NCBI GenBank assembly: GCA_937775205.1
Contig: CALKBX010000005.1
Coordinates: 269,087 to 333,086 of the forward strand
DNA length: 64,000 nt
DNA from: an uncultured Verrucomicrobiae bacterium
GTDB lineage: Bacteria; Verrucomicrobiota; Verrucomicrobiia; Limisphaerales; UBA1100
Direction: 5' to 3'
Notes under the pieces: generated by a model
Databases searched by the model: none
Told to the model about the DNA's origin: nothing
The model's input: the letters and a program-made list of their open reading frames with translations, nothing else
Made by a program: the position numbers and the translations under genes
Shown here: positions 8,582-17,841 of the stretch, piece by piece
Layout: each line of letters begins with the position of its first letter
Numbering within the stretch: position 1 is the first letter of the stretch

Positions 8582-10015
8582 ATGAAATCGACCTTTTTGA
8601 TGTGTTCAATTTGTTTCCTGTTCGCACAGGCTGGCTCACTGCTTGCCGCCGACTCCACCAATGCCCCGCCCAAGGGCGTTCACACCGTCAAGGCCGGTGC
8701 GTTTAAGGTGGAGGTGAAGCTTTCCGGCGCGTTTGGCCCGGCGAAATCTGCGGCGGTTAAGTTGCACCCCAAGGTGTGGACCGATCTCACGGTGAAAAGC
8801 GTGGCCGCCCACGGCGCGGTAGTGGGTGAGGGCACGGTGTTGATTGAGTTTGAAACCGAAAAGCTCGACCGCCGCATCACCGATAGCCAGCGTTCGCTGG
8901 AATCGGAGCGGCTGAATCTCGCGCTGGCGAAGGCGGAACATCAGTTTGCTTCCGAGAGCGCCAAGCTCGATCGCGTTGCCGCGAAGCTCGCCTTCAAACG
9001 ATTGGGGGAAGATCTTAAACATTTTCAGGAACACATCAAAGAGTTCAGCGTGAAGTCCACGCATCAAAGTTACGCGAGCTATTCCAACTCGCTCGCTTAC
9101 GCGGAAGAGGAACTCAAGCAACTCAAGAAAATGTACGAGGCCGATGATCTCACCGAGGAGACGGAGGAAATCATCATCCAACGCGCGCTCAACACCGTGA
9201 ACCGCGCGCGCTTCACGCTGGAACGCGCCGAGATCACGCGGCTGGCCTCGCTCAAATTTGGTTTGCCGCGCGAGGTGGAAGATCGCGCCACCGCCCAGGT
9301 GCGCTCCCAACTTTCGCAGGAACGCCTCAAGGCCACCTTCGAAACCTCCGCCCAACGCCGCGAACTTTCCATCCGGCAAAAACAAGTGGACTTCGATAAA
9401 GCCGAAAAAGCCCACGCCAAGCTCGAGGCCGACCGCAAGCTGCTCGACGTGAAAGCCGCCACCAACGGCGTGGTCTATTATGGTGAATTTATCCGGGGCC
9501 TGTGGACGGGCCGCAAACATCTCGCTGCCAAGCTGCGCCCCGGTGGCAAAGTGATGCCCAACGAAATTTTTATGACCGTGGTATCCCCGCGCCCGCTCAT
9601 CATCAGCGGCAGCGTGGCCGAAAAAGATTTGCGCCATCTAAACCTCGGCACCTCCGGCTGGGCCACGCCCACGGCCGCGCCCGAGCAACGCATCCCCGTC
9701 ACCGTCACCGCCATCAGCCGCGTGCCCAGCGCGCCGGGGAAATTCGCCGTCACCCTCGCCGCCCGCCTCGGCGCGGATCACGGCTACCTCGCCCCCGGCA
9801 TGGGTTGCGCGGTGAAGCTGAAAACCTATTCCAAGGCCGACGCCATCACCGTGCCCTCCGCCGCTCTGCATTACGGGGCGGATCAAAAGCCCTACGTGAA
9901 AGTGGTGGCCGGGGATTCCACGGAAAACAAAGCGGTGCAAACCGGCCGCACCGCCAACGGTAAAACTGAAATCACCAGTGGCCTCAACGTGGGCGACAAA
10001 GTGAAAACTGATTAA
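8582..10015 (+). CDS. HlyD/membrane-fusion-protein-like periplasmic adaptor
   Basis: Signal peptide, a lipoyl-like N-terminal segment, a long coiled-coil middle and a beta-barrel-like C-terminus (GMGCAVKLKT..., TGRTANGKTEITSGLNVGDKV). No cognate pump gene is adjacent. Confidence 0.65.
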   Translation: MKSTFLMCSICFLFAQAGSLLAADSTNAPPKGVHTVKAGAFKVEVKLSGAFGPAKSAAVKLHPKVWTDLTVKSVAAHGAVVGEGTVLIEFETEKLDRRITDSQRSLESERLNLALAKAEHQFASESAKLDRVAAKLAFKRLGEDLKHFQEHIKEFSVKSTHQSYASYSNSLAYAEEELKQLKKMYEADDLTEETEEIIIQRALNTVNRARFTLERAEITRLASLKFGLPREVEDRATAQVRSQLSQERLKATFETSAQRRELSIRQKQVDFDKAEKAHAKLEADRKLLDVKAATNGVVYYGEFIRGLWTGRKHLAAKLRPGGKVMPNEIFMTVVSPRPLIISGSVAEKDLRHLNLGTSGWATPTAAPEQRIPVTVTAISRVPSAPGKFAVTLAARLGADHGYLAPGMGCAVKLKTYSKADAITVPSAALHYGADQKPYVKVVAGDSTENKAVQTGRTANGKTEITSGLNVGDKVKTD

Positions 10016-10046
10016 CCCCCGCCGCGCAGGCGGCTATGGAATTTTC

Positions 10047-12623
10047 ATGAAACATCTAATTCTAATAATCATCTTCAGCCTCACGGGATGGATAGGTTGC
10101 AAGGATGAGCCGGAGGAAAAAGCGCCGGCCCCACTTAGCGGTCCGCGCGTGGCCACTCCCGCGAATTTGTTACGCGGGAAGGATGGCCGGATGTATTTCC
10201 AAAATGAGTTGGTGCCCTTCACCGGCTTTATGAAGGCGACCTTTCCTGATGGGACGCCGCGCATTGAGTTCCCCCACACGCGCGGGATTTTGAACGGTCG
10301 TTTGCGCCTTTGGCATCCCAACGGCCAGTTGAAGATGGAAGCCCATTATAGCTTGGGTCGGCAGCATGGCAATAGGGACGAGTGGGATCCGGAGGGCTTG
10401 CACACAGATCATCGTGTGTATGCGCAAGGCAAACTGGTGCACGAAGAAATGCCTGAAGAGTTTAGCCGGCAAGTGGATTCCGTGGTCAGCAAGCGGAATC
10501 AGCTTGACCAAACCGTGTGGCGCGAGGAAACCGCTGCGCAACAAGCTGAAGATGTTTTCGTGAAATTATGGGATGATTTGCGCGCGGCAAAAGACAAATA
10601 CGTGCCGCTGAGCGAACTGGCCATTTCAAATATCATCCTACCCGTTGGAGCAGAAACGCGCGCGGTGGATTGGGGGATTCGCGAACACACGCTGAGCGCA
10701 GGCACTGAGGCGCTTGGGGTGGACGAATGGCGCGCATGGCTCAAGGGTTGGGAAAAGAAAGGTTGGCGGATTGTGGAAACTGAATGGCATCAGGAGAAAT
10801 TTTCGCTAGGCAAAGGGGCGCCGGAGTCGCTGTTCAAAATTGTCATTCACGCCCAACGCGAGAATCACAGGGCAATCTTGCGCGGTGAGTTGGAAGTGCA
10901 TTGGATCAAAGTCGCAGGAAAATTTCAGGTGGGCGCGTTGAAGGTGCTTTCCGCGCGCATGTTTGAGCGCGAAGGAGCTGTACCCTTTGCCGCGCATCAG
11001 GAAATACTTACTCAAACTGACCGCTTGGGTTCGTGCTTGCCTACGATTGTCAAGGACATCAACGGTGACGGCCTTCCGGAAATCCTATTGCCCGGTGCTA
11101 ACGAAGTGCATTGGAATCGGGGCGGCTGGAAATTTGAACGTGCGCGGTTGTTCAACCATTATCCTACGGAGCTTACCGCGGGCGTGGCGGGGGATTTCAA
11201 TGGTGACGGCCGTGTTGATTTCTTTGGCCTACCCCAGCAAGGCCAGCCATGGCTGTATGTGGCTGATGATAGTGGCCGTTTCACCGCCCGGCCGCAGGCC
11301 ATCCGCGTGCCCATTTCCGAACTCGAAGGCCATTCCGCCGTCACAGCCGGCGATGTGGATGGTGACAATGACCTGGATATCTGGGTAATGCAGTATAAGT
11401 TTCCCTATGTTCGCGGCCAATTTCCCACGCCTTACTATAATGCAAATGACGGGTTTCCTTCATATCTTTTATTGAACGATGGCCACGGCAAATTCACCGA
11501 GGCTACGGGTTTAGCTGGTCTCGCTGCCAAGGGCCGCCGCCGCACGTACAGCGGGTCCTTCGTGGATTTCGATGGAGATGGTGACCTTGACTTACTCAAT
11601 GTCAGTGATTTTGCCGGGCTGGACTTGTACCTAAACAACGGGAAAGGCAAGTTCACCGACATTACCGAGCAACTGGGTGACACGCGTTACAGCTTCGGCA
11701 TGAGCCATGCGCTGGGCGATTTCAACGGCGATGGCCGGTTGGATCTGTACATGGCCGGCATGGGCTCCACCACCGCGCGGCGACTTGAATCCATGGGCGC
11801 GGGCCGCGCGGAATACACGAAGCATCAGGCGTATCGCATGAAAATGGGTTATGGCAATCGTCTTTATCTTGGCGGCGAGGCCGGTTTTAAACAGTCACCG
11901 GACAGTGACGCGGTGTCGCGTGCGGGCTGGTGCTGGGGTGTTACGAGCGCGGACTTTGATCTCGATGGCGATCGGGATATATATGTTGCTAACGGCCATC
12001 TCAGTCGCGGGTCGTGCAAGGACCATTGCACGGTGTTTTGGAGGCACGACATTTATATTAACAACTCCGCCGACAGCCTCGTGATGAATAAATTTTTCAC
12101 TTCTCCCGAACACGGAAAATTCTCCACATCATGGAATGGTTTTGAGCACAATGTATTTTATCTGAATGCCGGCCAGGGGCGGTTTGAAAACGTGGCTTTT
12201 CTATTGGGCGTGTCGCATGAGTTTGATGCGCGTATGGTGGTGAGTGCAGATTTCGACGCCGATGGCTTACCGGATCTGCTGGTAGCCGAATTGAGCGGCC
12301 TCGGAACTGATGCTGCCCGTGAAGTGCTGCATCTGCATCGCAACCAGTGGCCTACGAAAGGCAATTGGATTGGCGCGCGCCTGCGCGGCGCACCGGGAGT
12401 GTCGCCGTTGGGCGCGGTGGTCACCGTGAAAGCTGCAGGTCGCACGTGGAGCCAGCCAGTGTTATCCGGCGATTCCCTTTGGTCACAACATCCAGCCATC
12501 ATCCATTTTGGGCTAGGTAAAACGACAAAGGTGGACTCCCTTGAAGTACGCTGGCCCGGCGGCCAACGAATTTCCCTCAAAAAGCCCAAGCTCAACCAAT
12601 ACCATCCCGTATTGGCAAAATAA
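10047..12623 (+). CDS. Paralogue of 5960-8572: CRTAC1-like lipoprotein (MORN/YwqK repeats + FG-GAP + ASPIC/UnbV)
   Basis: Lipobox LTGWIGC. It is collinear with 5960-8572 along the whole length, for example NRGGWKFERARLF versus NRGGWKFEARKLC, and LEVRWPGGQRISL versus LEVRWPDGRVTRL. Confidence 0.8.
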   Translation: MKHLILIIIFSLTGWIGCKDEPEEKAPAPLSGPRVATPANLLRGKDGRMYFQNELVPFTGFMKATFPDGTPRIEFPHTRGILNGRLRLWHPNGQLKMEAHYSLGRQHGNRDEWDPEGLHTDHRVYAQGKLVHEEMPEEFSRQVDSVVSKRNQLDQTVWREETAAQQAEDVFVKLWDDLRAAKDKYVPLSELAISNIILPVGAETRAVDWGIREHTLSAGTEALGVDEWRAWLKGWEKKGWRIVETEWHQEKFSLGKGAPESLFKIVIHAQRENHRAILRGELEVHWIKVAGKFQVGALKVLSARMFEREGAVPFAAHQEILTQTDRLGSCLPTIVKDINGDGLPEILLPGANEVHWNRGGWKFERARLFNHYPTELTAGVAGDFNGDGRVDFFGLPQQGQPWLYVADDSGRFTARPQAIRVPISELEGHSAVTAGDVDGDNDLDIWVMQYKFPYVRGQFPTPYYNANDGFPSYLLLNDGHGKFTEATGLAGLAAKGRRRTYSGSFVDFDGDGDLDLLNVSDFAGLDLYLNNGKGKFTDITEQLGDTRYSFGMSHALGDFNGDGRLDLYMAGMGSTTARRLESMGAGRAEYTKHQAYRMKMGYGNRLYLGGEAGFKQSPDSDAVSRAGWCWGVTSADFDLDGDRDIYVANGHLSRGSCKDHCTVFWRHDIYINNSADSLVMNKFFTSPEHGKFSTSWNGFEHNVFYLNAGQGRFENVAFLLGVSHEFDARMVVSADFDADGLPDLLVAELSGLGTDAAREVLHLHRNQWPTKGNWIGARLRGAPGVSPLGAVVTVKAAGRTWSQPVLSGDSLWSQHPAIIHFGLGKTTKVDSLEVRWPGGQRISLKKPKLNQYHPVLAK

Positions 12624-12629
12624 ATTCCC

Positions 12630-13826
12630 ATGGGAAAAATCATCCATTCCATCCTGCTATGCGCCATGGCCGTGACCCTTTCGGCCGCCAACCCCGTGCC
12701 TGTGCCCAAGCTGCCCGACGTGCCGCCGGTGCCGCGGGCGGACTTGGAGAAGCAGATTGAGAAAGGCGTTTATTTCCTGCTGGATCGGCAGAACAAAGAC
12801 GGTTCGTGGGGCAGCCCGCGCAACACCAAGGGGCTCAATATTTATGCGCCCGGTTTTCAAAGCCATTATGCCTTTCGGCTGGCGGTGACTTCGCTTTGCG
12901 TCTCAGCCCTCATCGAGACGGGCGGCGACACTCCCCAAACGCGCGCGGCGCTGAAGGACGCCGAGGCCTATTTGCTGGAGCACCTGCCCAAGCTGCGCCG
13001 CGCCGATGCCACGGCGATGTACAATGTGTGGTCGCATGGTTATGGATTGCAGGCATTGGTGCGGCTACGCGCGCGGGCGAAGGCTGAACCGGCGAAGATC
13101 AAAAAAATCGACGCGCTCATCGCGCAACAGTTTAAAATGCTGGGCCGGTACGAATCCGTGGACGGCGGCTGGGGCTATTACGACATGCGTTTGGGCACCA
13201 TGAAACCCGCGAGCAGTTCGATCTCGTTTGTGAATGCCACCGTGCTGGTCGCGTTTCACGAAGCCAAGATGGCCGGCCTTGAGCCGCCCAAAAAACTAGT
13301 GACCCGCGCGCTGGCCGCGCTCAAGCGGCAGCACTTGCCCGACGGCAGTTTTCTTTATGGCGAGTATTTGAAATACTCGCCGCGCCGCGGCATCAACCGC
13401 CCCGGCGGCAGCCTCGGCCGTTCGCAGGCGGGCAACATCGCGCTGCGTTTGTGGGGCGATAAACGCATCACCGACAAAGTTTTGGTCGACTGGCTCGACC
13501 GCCTTTACGCCCGCAACGATTGGCTCGGCATTGGCCGCAAACGCCCGCGGCCGCACGAGGCGTGGTTTCAGGTGGCCGGTTATTTTTATTATTACGGCCA
13601 CTACTACGGCGCGCTGTGCCTCGATCACGTGCCCGCCGCCGAGCGCCCGCGCCTGCAGGATCACATGGCCACCATCATCATGAAGTACCAGGAAAAAGAC
13701 GGCAGTTGGTGGGACTTCCCCTTCTACGATTACCACCAACAATACGGCACCGCGATGGCGCTGATGACATTGCAACGCTGCCTCAAAACCAAATCACCTA
13801 AGGCACCGGCGGTCCCTGAAAAGTAA
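12630..13826 (+). CDS. Secreted prenyltransferase/squalene-oxidase-repeat (terpene-cyclase-like alpha/alpha toroid) protein
   Basis: Signal peptide plus recurring DGSWG, DGGWGYY, DGSFLYG and DGSWWDF repeat motifs. Confidence 0.65.
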   Translation: MGKIIHSILLCAMAVTLSAANPVPVPKLPDVPPVPRADLEKQIEKGVYFLLDRQNKDGSWGSPRNTKGLNIYAPGFQSHYAFRLAVTSLCVSALIETGGDTPQTRAALKDAEAYLLEHLPKLRRADATAMYNVWSHGYGLQALVRLRARAKAEPAKIKKIDALIAQQFKMLGRYESVDGGWGYYDMRLGTMKPASSSISFVNATVLVAFHEAKMAGLEPPKKLVTRALAALKRQHLPDGSFLYGEYLKYSPRRGINRPGGSLGRSQAGNIALRLWGDKRITDKVLVDWLDRLYARNDWLGIGRKRPRPHEAWFQVAGYFYYYGHYYGALCLDHVPAAERPRLQDHMATIIMKYQEKDGSWWDFPFYDYHQQYGTAMALMTLQRCLKTKSPKAPAVPEK

Positions 13827-16755
13827 GCACGAAAGGCCCCGCCAACTGCACGGCGGCCTTGGTGCCTTCGGTGCTCCGCAACTTCACCAGCCAATCGCGC
13901 TGGGTGTTACACAACGAGCGCGGCGCGCGGCGCGTGCGCAGGGCGCGTTGATAAAAATCCTCCATGATTTTAGCCGTCACCGCGTCCGAGATGGGCCAGA
14001 GTGTGAACAGCAGATTTTGCGTGCCCGCCTGCACGAATGCCCGGCGCAGCCCCATCACGCCTTCGCCGGAGTGCACGCGGCCCATTCCGGTTTCGCACGC
14101 GGAAAGCACCGTGAGCCAGTTATCCTCCAAATGCAGCAGGCTGATCTCGGCGGCGGTGACGATGCCGTCGGTGGTGGTGGCGGGAATGCGGCCGGCTTTC
14201 CATTCGGTCAGCGTGCGGTCGGCTCCGGCCAAGGCGAGTCCGCTATTGAGGAGAGATTTTGGAAGGATGCCGCCGGCGCGCGTGCGTCCGCCGGTTTTAG
14301 AAATTTCCTTTGAAGGATTTTTGTTTTTCGGCTTGGTCGCGTTCACGAAAAATCCGTGGGTGGCGAGGTGCAAAATGTGTGGCTGACGCACCGCGTGCAA
14401 TTGGGCTTCGGTGGCAGCTGCGCCGGTGAAGATGCTGGGCTTGAGCTTCCAGCCTTGGGCGGATTGGCGGAGGAATTCCGATTCGCGCAGGGTGCCGGGC
14501 AGCGGGGGCAGAGAGAGCGATTGGAGGTCGCCCGCGCGGGTTTTTCCGCCACCGGCGGGTTGGCCGGGCTTGAATTGTGGATTGGCAAAAGCGATCAACG
14601 CGTCGCTGGCGGGTTTGCGGACGGGCCGCAGTAGGTCACGCCCCGTGGCGATGTGCAGCACTTGATAATTCTCGCAGAGAAATTTTCCGTCCGGCGTCAT
14701 CACGGTGGCGAAGTTAATAAAATTCAACTGGCCGGCGGCGGCGAAGATGAGGGTGTCGGTGGTGGGCGGCAGTTCGTCCAGCACCGGCTGGAGCAAGCGC
14801 CGGTGAAGTTGCCGTAATACTTTTTCATAATCCGCATTGGAGCTGGGCGCGGTGGGATTATAATTTTCAACCAGTTTATTAATGGCCGCCGCGCGCCGAA
14901 TCGGCACCCAGCGTGGCGCGCGCCCGGCGGTGAACACCAGCGCGCTGTATTGGTTGTGCCATTGTTCGCCAAATGCATTTCGGCCCTGATAAGTTTGGTG
15001 CTGCACAAATTCCACCAAAGTGGTTCCGGGCGGGAGGGCCTTTAGCAAATCCGCTACGCGATATTCGGTCCGCGCCTGCCGGGTGTGGCGGGCTAGGGCC
15101 TTTTGCAATCCGTTGAGGATTTGTTTTTGTTTGAACACTTGCAACCCTAGCGGATTCAGCGTTTTGGCATCCTTGGCGAGTGCCTTCTGAAGTTGCAGTC
15201 CAATGAGTTGGGCAGTGGCGGCCTCGATTTGCTCAATGTTTTTCTTCAGCTCCGGCCGCGCCGACAACCGAGCCTGTCGCTGAGCGGCGGCGAGGGAATC
15301 AAGCACGCGCCCTTTTTGGTGCAGCACCAGTTCTGCGATATCCGCGCCGGTACCAAGGCTGATCAGCGGGTGTAGCGGGTCGGTTCTCTCCAGAAAATCA
15401 AAACGCTCTTTTTCTGAGGAGAACGAAAACACTTCCTCGGTGAGCTGCCGTTCGATGGCCCATTTACTACGGGCCCATTCCCGGGCTTGGGCGGGGTTGC
15501 CGAGGTCGTGCTCCAGCAGCGCCAGCTCGCGCATCACCCGCGTGGCCTCGAGGGTGTGGCCGGTGTGAAGGCGGGCGTGGAGGGCGAGTGTTTGTTTGTA
15601 AATATCGCGGGCTTTTTTCAGATTATCCTGCAACACGTGATTGGCGGCGAGGTTGTCGAGTGTGGCGGTGTGGGTGGTGTCGGGCGGGTCGTTGCGTTGT
15701 TTGATGAGTTTCAGGGCAGCAAGCAGATGGGTTTCCGCTTGATTGGGTTCATCGAGTTCCTGATAAAGCTGGGCGAGGTTGTTGTGATCCACGATGACGT
15801 AGGGGTGGTCCGCGCCGAGTTGTTTGCGGTCGATCTCGAGGCATCGCAAATAGAGCCGTTTGGCTTCGTCCATCTTTCCAGTGGCTTGGTGGATGCGGGC
15901 GAGGTTGGCCATGTCGATGGCGGTGAGGTGATGGTCGGCCCCAATGCGGAGGGTGCTGATTTCTAAATTCAACTTGAACTGAGTTTCGGCTTTTTTGAAA
16001 TTGCCGAGCGTTTCGTAGAGCACCGCAAGGTTGGCGCGGGGGATGGTGGTGCGTGGATGGTGCTGGCCGTAGTATTCACGATAGCCATCCAGCGCCTTGA
16101 GATAGGCTTCCTCGGCGAGCTTGTATTGGCCGATGTCCATATAATAAAAGCCGAGGTTGTTGGCGATTTCGCTTTCCACTTCGGCGGCGTGTTCGGGATG
16201 TTTTTTGAGTAATGCGCTGGCCTCATCGAGCCACACTTTGGCGCGCGGATAATGCCCGGCCTCCAGCTCCACCATCGCGGCGTCGGTGATGAGCAGAATG
16301 CGGCTCAACATATCCGCCTCGGGATGCTTGGCGAGTTTAGTGGCTTTCTCGAAAAATTTCATCGAAGCCGCGTACCGGCCGGACTCGTATTCAATGAGCC
16401 CGCGTTCCCATTCGATCTCCATCTGCAAATTGCGATCCGGCTTGGCGGCGAGCAATCCTTCGGCCTGTTTCAGCGCGGCTTGGGCCTTGGGGTAGCCCTG
16501 CAATTCCCGATGCACCACGGCGATTTGGATGAGTGACTTGGCTTGTTCTACGAGGGCGCCATCATTTTTTTGAAAGAGCGCCAGTGCTTTTTGATACGAG
16601 GCGAGTGCTTTTTTGAGTTCGTAATCCTCAAGGTGTTGATCGCCCTGATCGTGCAGCTTTTGGGCTTCTTCCAAAGGCGTAGCGGCGGAAGTAGGCATGG
16701 CAAAACACAACAGCCCGAGGCAAAGGCACAAGAGGATTGTCCGGCTGCGTCCCAT
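13798..16755 (-). CDS. Exported TPR-repeat + CHAT-domain (caspase-like) protease
   Basis: The track ORF (13798-16983) was trimmed to the internal ATG at 16755, giving MGRSRTILLCLCLGLLCFAMPTSAA (signal peptide). The N-terminal ~450 aa are TPR-like. The C-terminus carries a His/Cys dyad typical of CHAT (HLATHGFF ... LSACETG). Confidence 0.8.
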   Translation of the reverse strand: MGRSRTILLCLCLGLLCFAMPTSAATPLEEAQKLHDQGDQHLEDYELKKALASYQKALALFQKNDGALVEQAKSLIQIAVVHRELQGYPKAQAALKQAEGLLAAKPDRNLQMEIEWERGLIEYESGRYAASMKFFEKATKLAKHPEADMLSRILLITDAAMVELEAGHYPRAKVWLDEASALLKKHPEHAAEVESEIANNLGFYYMDIGQYKLAEEAYLKALDGYREYYGQHHPRTTIPRANLAVLYETLGNFKKAETQFKLNLEISTLRIGADHHLTAIDMANLARIHQATGKMDEAKRLYLRCLEIDRKQLGADHPYVIVDHNNLAQLYQELDEPNQAETHLLAALKLIKQRNDPPDTTHTATLDNLAANHVLQDNLKKARDIYKQTLALHARLHTGHTLEATRVMRELALLEHDLGNPAQAREWARSKWAIERQLTEEVFSFSSEKERFDFLERTDPLHPLISLGTGADIAELVLHQKGRVLDSLAAAQRQARLSARPELKKNIEQIEAATAQLIGLQLQKALAKDAKTLNPLGLQVFKQKQILNGLQKALARHTRQARTEYRVADLLKALPPGTTLVEFVQHQTYQGRNAFGEQWHNQYSALVFTAGRAPRWVPIRRAAAINKLVENYNPTAPSSNADYEKVLRQLHRRLLQPVLDELPPTTDTLIFAAAGQLNFINFATVMTPDGKFLCENYQVLHIATGRDLLRPVRKPASDALIAFANPQFKPGQPAGGGKTRAGDLQSLSLPPLPGTLRESEFLRQSAQGWKLKPSIFTGAAATEAQLHAVRQPHILHLATHGFFVNATKPKNKNPSKEISKTGGRTRAGGILPKSLLNSGLALAGADRTLTEWKAGRIPATTTDGIVTAAEISLLHLEDNWLTVLSACETGMGRVHSGEGVMGLRRAFVQAGTQNLLFTLWPISDAVTAKIMEDFYQRALRTRRAPRSLCNTQRDWLVKLRSTEGTKAAVQLAGPFVLTFQGPPVP

Positions 16756-16841
16756 ACCCAAATATGCGATTTCCAGTGGCGGGCTGTCAATGGCGCAAAA
16801 TGGATGTATCCAAATCGCGCGGCGCGGCGTCCAATGGGACG

Positions 16842-17811
16842 ATGCATGCAATTGTGATTTTACTGATTTTGAGCGCGGGCCTGTTGTCGGCGCAGACGCG
16901 GCAAAATGGCGCGGGTGGATTCCGCCAGCGGATGGATGCCAACGGCGACGGCAAATTTTCGCGCGAGGAATTTCCCGGGCCAAAAAATTTCTTCGACCAG
17001 TTTGACAAAGACAAAAACGGATTCCTCACCCAACCCGAAATGGAAGCCATGCGCCGCGCACGAATGCAACAGGGCGGCGCGTCCGGGGCAGGGCGGGGGT
17101 GCGGCGCAGGAATTATTTCGCGGGCTGGATTCAAATGCGGATCAGAAAATTTCCGCTAAGGAATGGGCGACCCTGCTTCAGGCGGCGGATTTCAAAAAAG
17201 CCGACACCCAAGCCGACGGCCTCGTGACGCCGGAAGAATGGATGCGCTATTTCGGGCAAGATCAGCGGCCCGCTGGCGTTGGTGCTGGCGGTGCGCAGGT
17301 GGGAGCGCTTGTGCCCAAGGTATCCGCGCAGTTCATGAAGGGCGATCGCGTGTTGGATTTTTCTAAAATCAAGCGCCACACCGTCGTGGTGTTTGGCTCG
17401 TACACGTGAGGCCCCTTCTCACGCGAGGCCGGGCGCCTCCAGAAATCGTACGAAACCTACGGAAAGCAGGCTGATTTTTATTGGGTCTACATCCGCGAAG
17501 CGCACCCCACCGATTCCAGCCGGCCCGCGCGCCATGTGAAGATTGAACAGCCCAAGACGTTTCTGGCCCGCAAAGAAGTGGCCGCGGCGTGTTCGGCAGG
17601 ACTGAAACTTTCCATCCCAATGTTGGTAGATGACATCGACAACACCATCATGAACGCCTTCAGTGCCTTTCCCGACCGCCTGTACATCATCGGCCCCGAT
17701 GGGCGCATTGCCTTTCAAGGCGGTCGCGGTCCGCGCGGTTTTAGTGTGGATGAAATGGAAACCACATTAAAAAAACTGCTGGCCGTAAAATCAGCTCCCG
17801 CCAAGGATTGA
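16842..17811 (+). CDS. EF-hand / iodothyronine-deiodinase-like thioredoxin-fold selenoprotein (TGA=Sec at 17407; needs one frame correction near 17075-17105)
   Basis: - Frame 0 from the ATG at 16842 reads MHAIVILLILSAGLLSAQ (signal), then EF-hand loops DANGDGKFSREE and DKDKNGFLTQPE.
- Frame +1 from about 17100 has two more EF-hand loops (DSNADQKISAKE, DTQADGLVTPEE), then VVVFGSYT-TGA-GPF.
- The same frame stays open after the TGA, through ADFYWVYIREAHPTD ... FPDRLYIIGPDGRIAFQGGRGPRGF, to the stop at 17809-17811.
- The ORF track splits this into 16737-17159, 16906-17409 and 17536-17811. The last two are in the same frame. Confidence 0.65.
17407..17409 (+). other. Candidate selenocysteine (UGA) recoding codon
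   Basis: The TGA sits exactly where deiodinases have Sec (FGS-x-T-U-P/G-x-F). The reading frame stays open and family-like for 134 more codons. Confidence 0.65.
17425..17439 (+). promoter_or_regulatory. Candidate bacterial SECIS apical hairpin
   Basis: GAGGC-CGGGC-GCCTC forms a 5-bp GC-rich stem with a G-rich 5-nt loop, starting 16 nt after the TGA. It was found by eye only and no folding energy was computed. Confidence 0.3.
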
Positions 17812-17841
17812 CTGCCCCGGCCAACGGGGTAACCTCTCGCG

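Noticed and set aside
17242-17811. Alternative model: the selenoprotein starts independently at the ATG at 17242 (MRYFGQDQRP...), and the EF-hand ORF 16842-17159 is a separate gene, so no frameshift is needed.
   Set aside because: This is not fully excluded. However, frame +1 between about 17100 and 17241 encodes two textbook EF-hand loops (DSNADQKISAKE, DTQADGLVTPEE) that would be untranslated under that model. The frame-0 tail after about 17090 (CGAGIISRAGFKCGSENFR) is featureless. A single disrupted gene explains more of the sequence.
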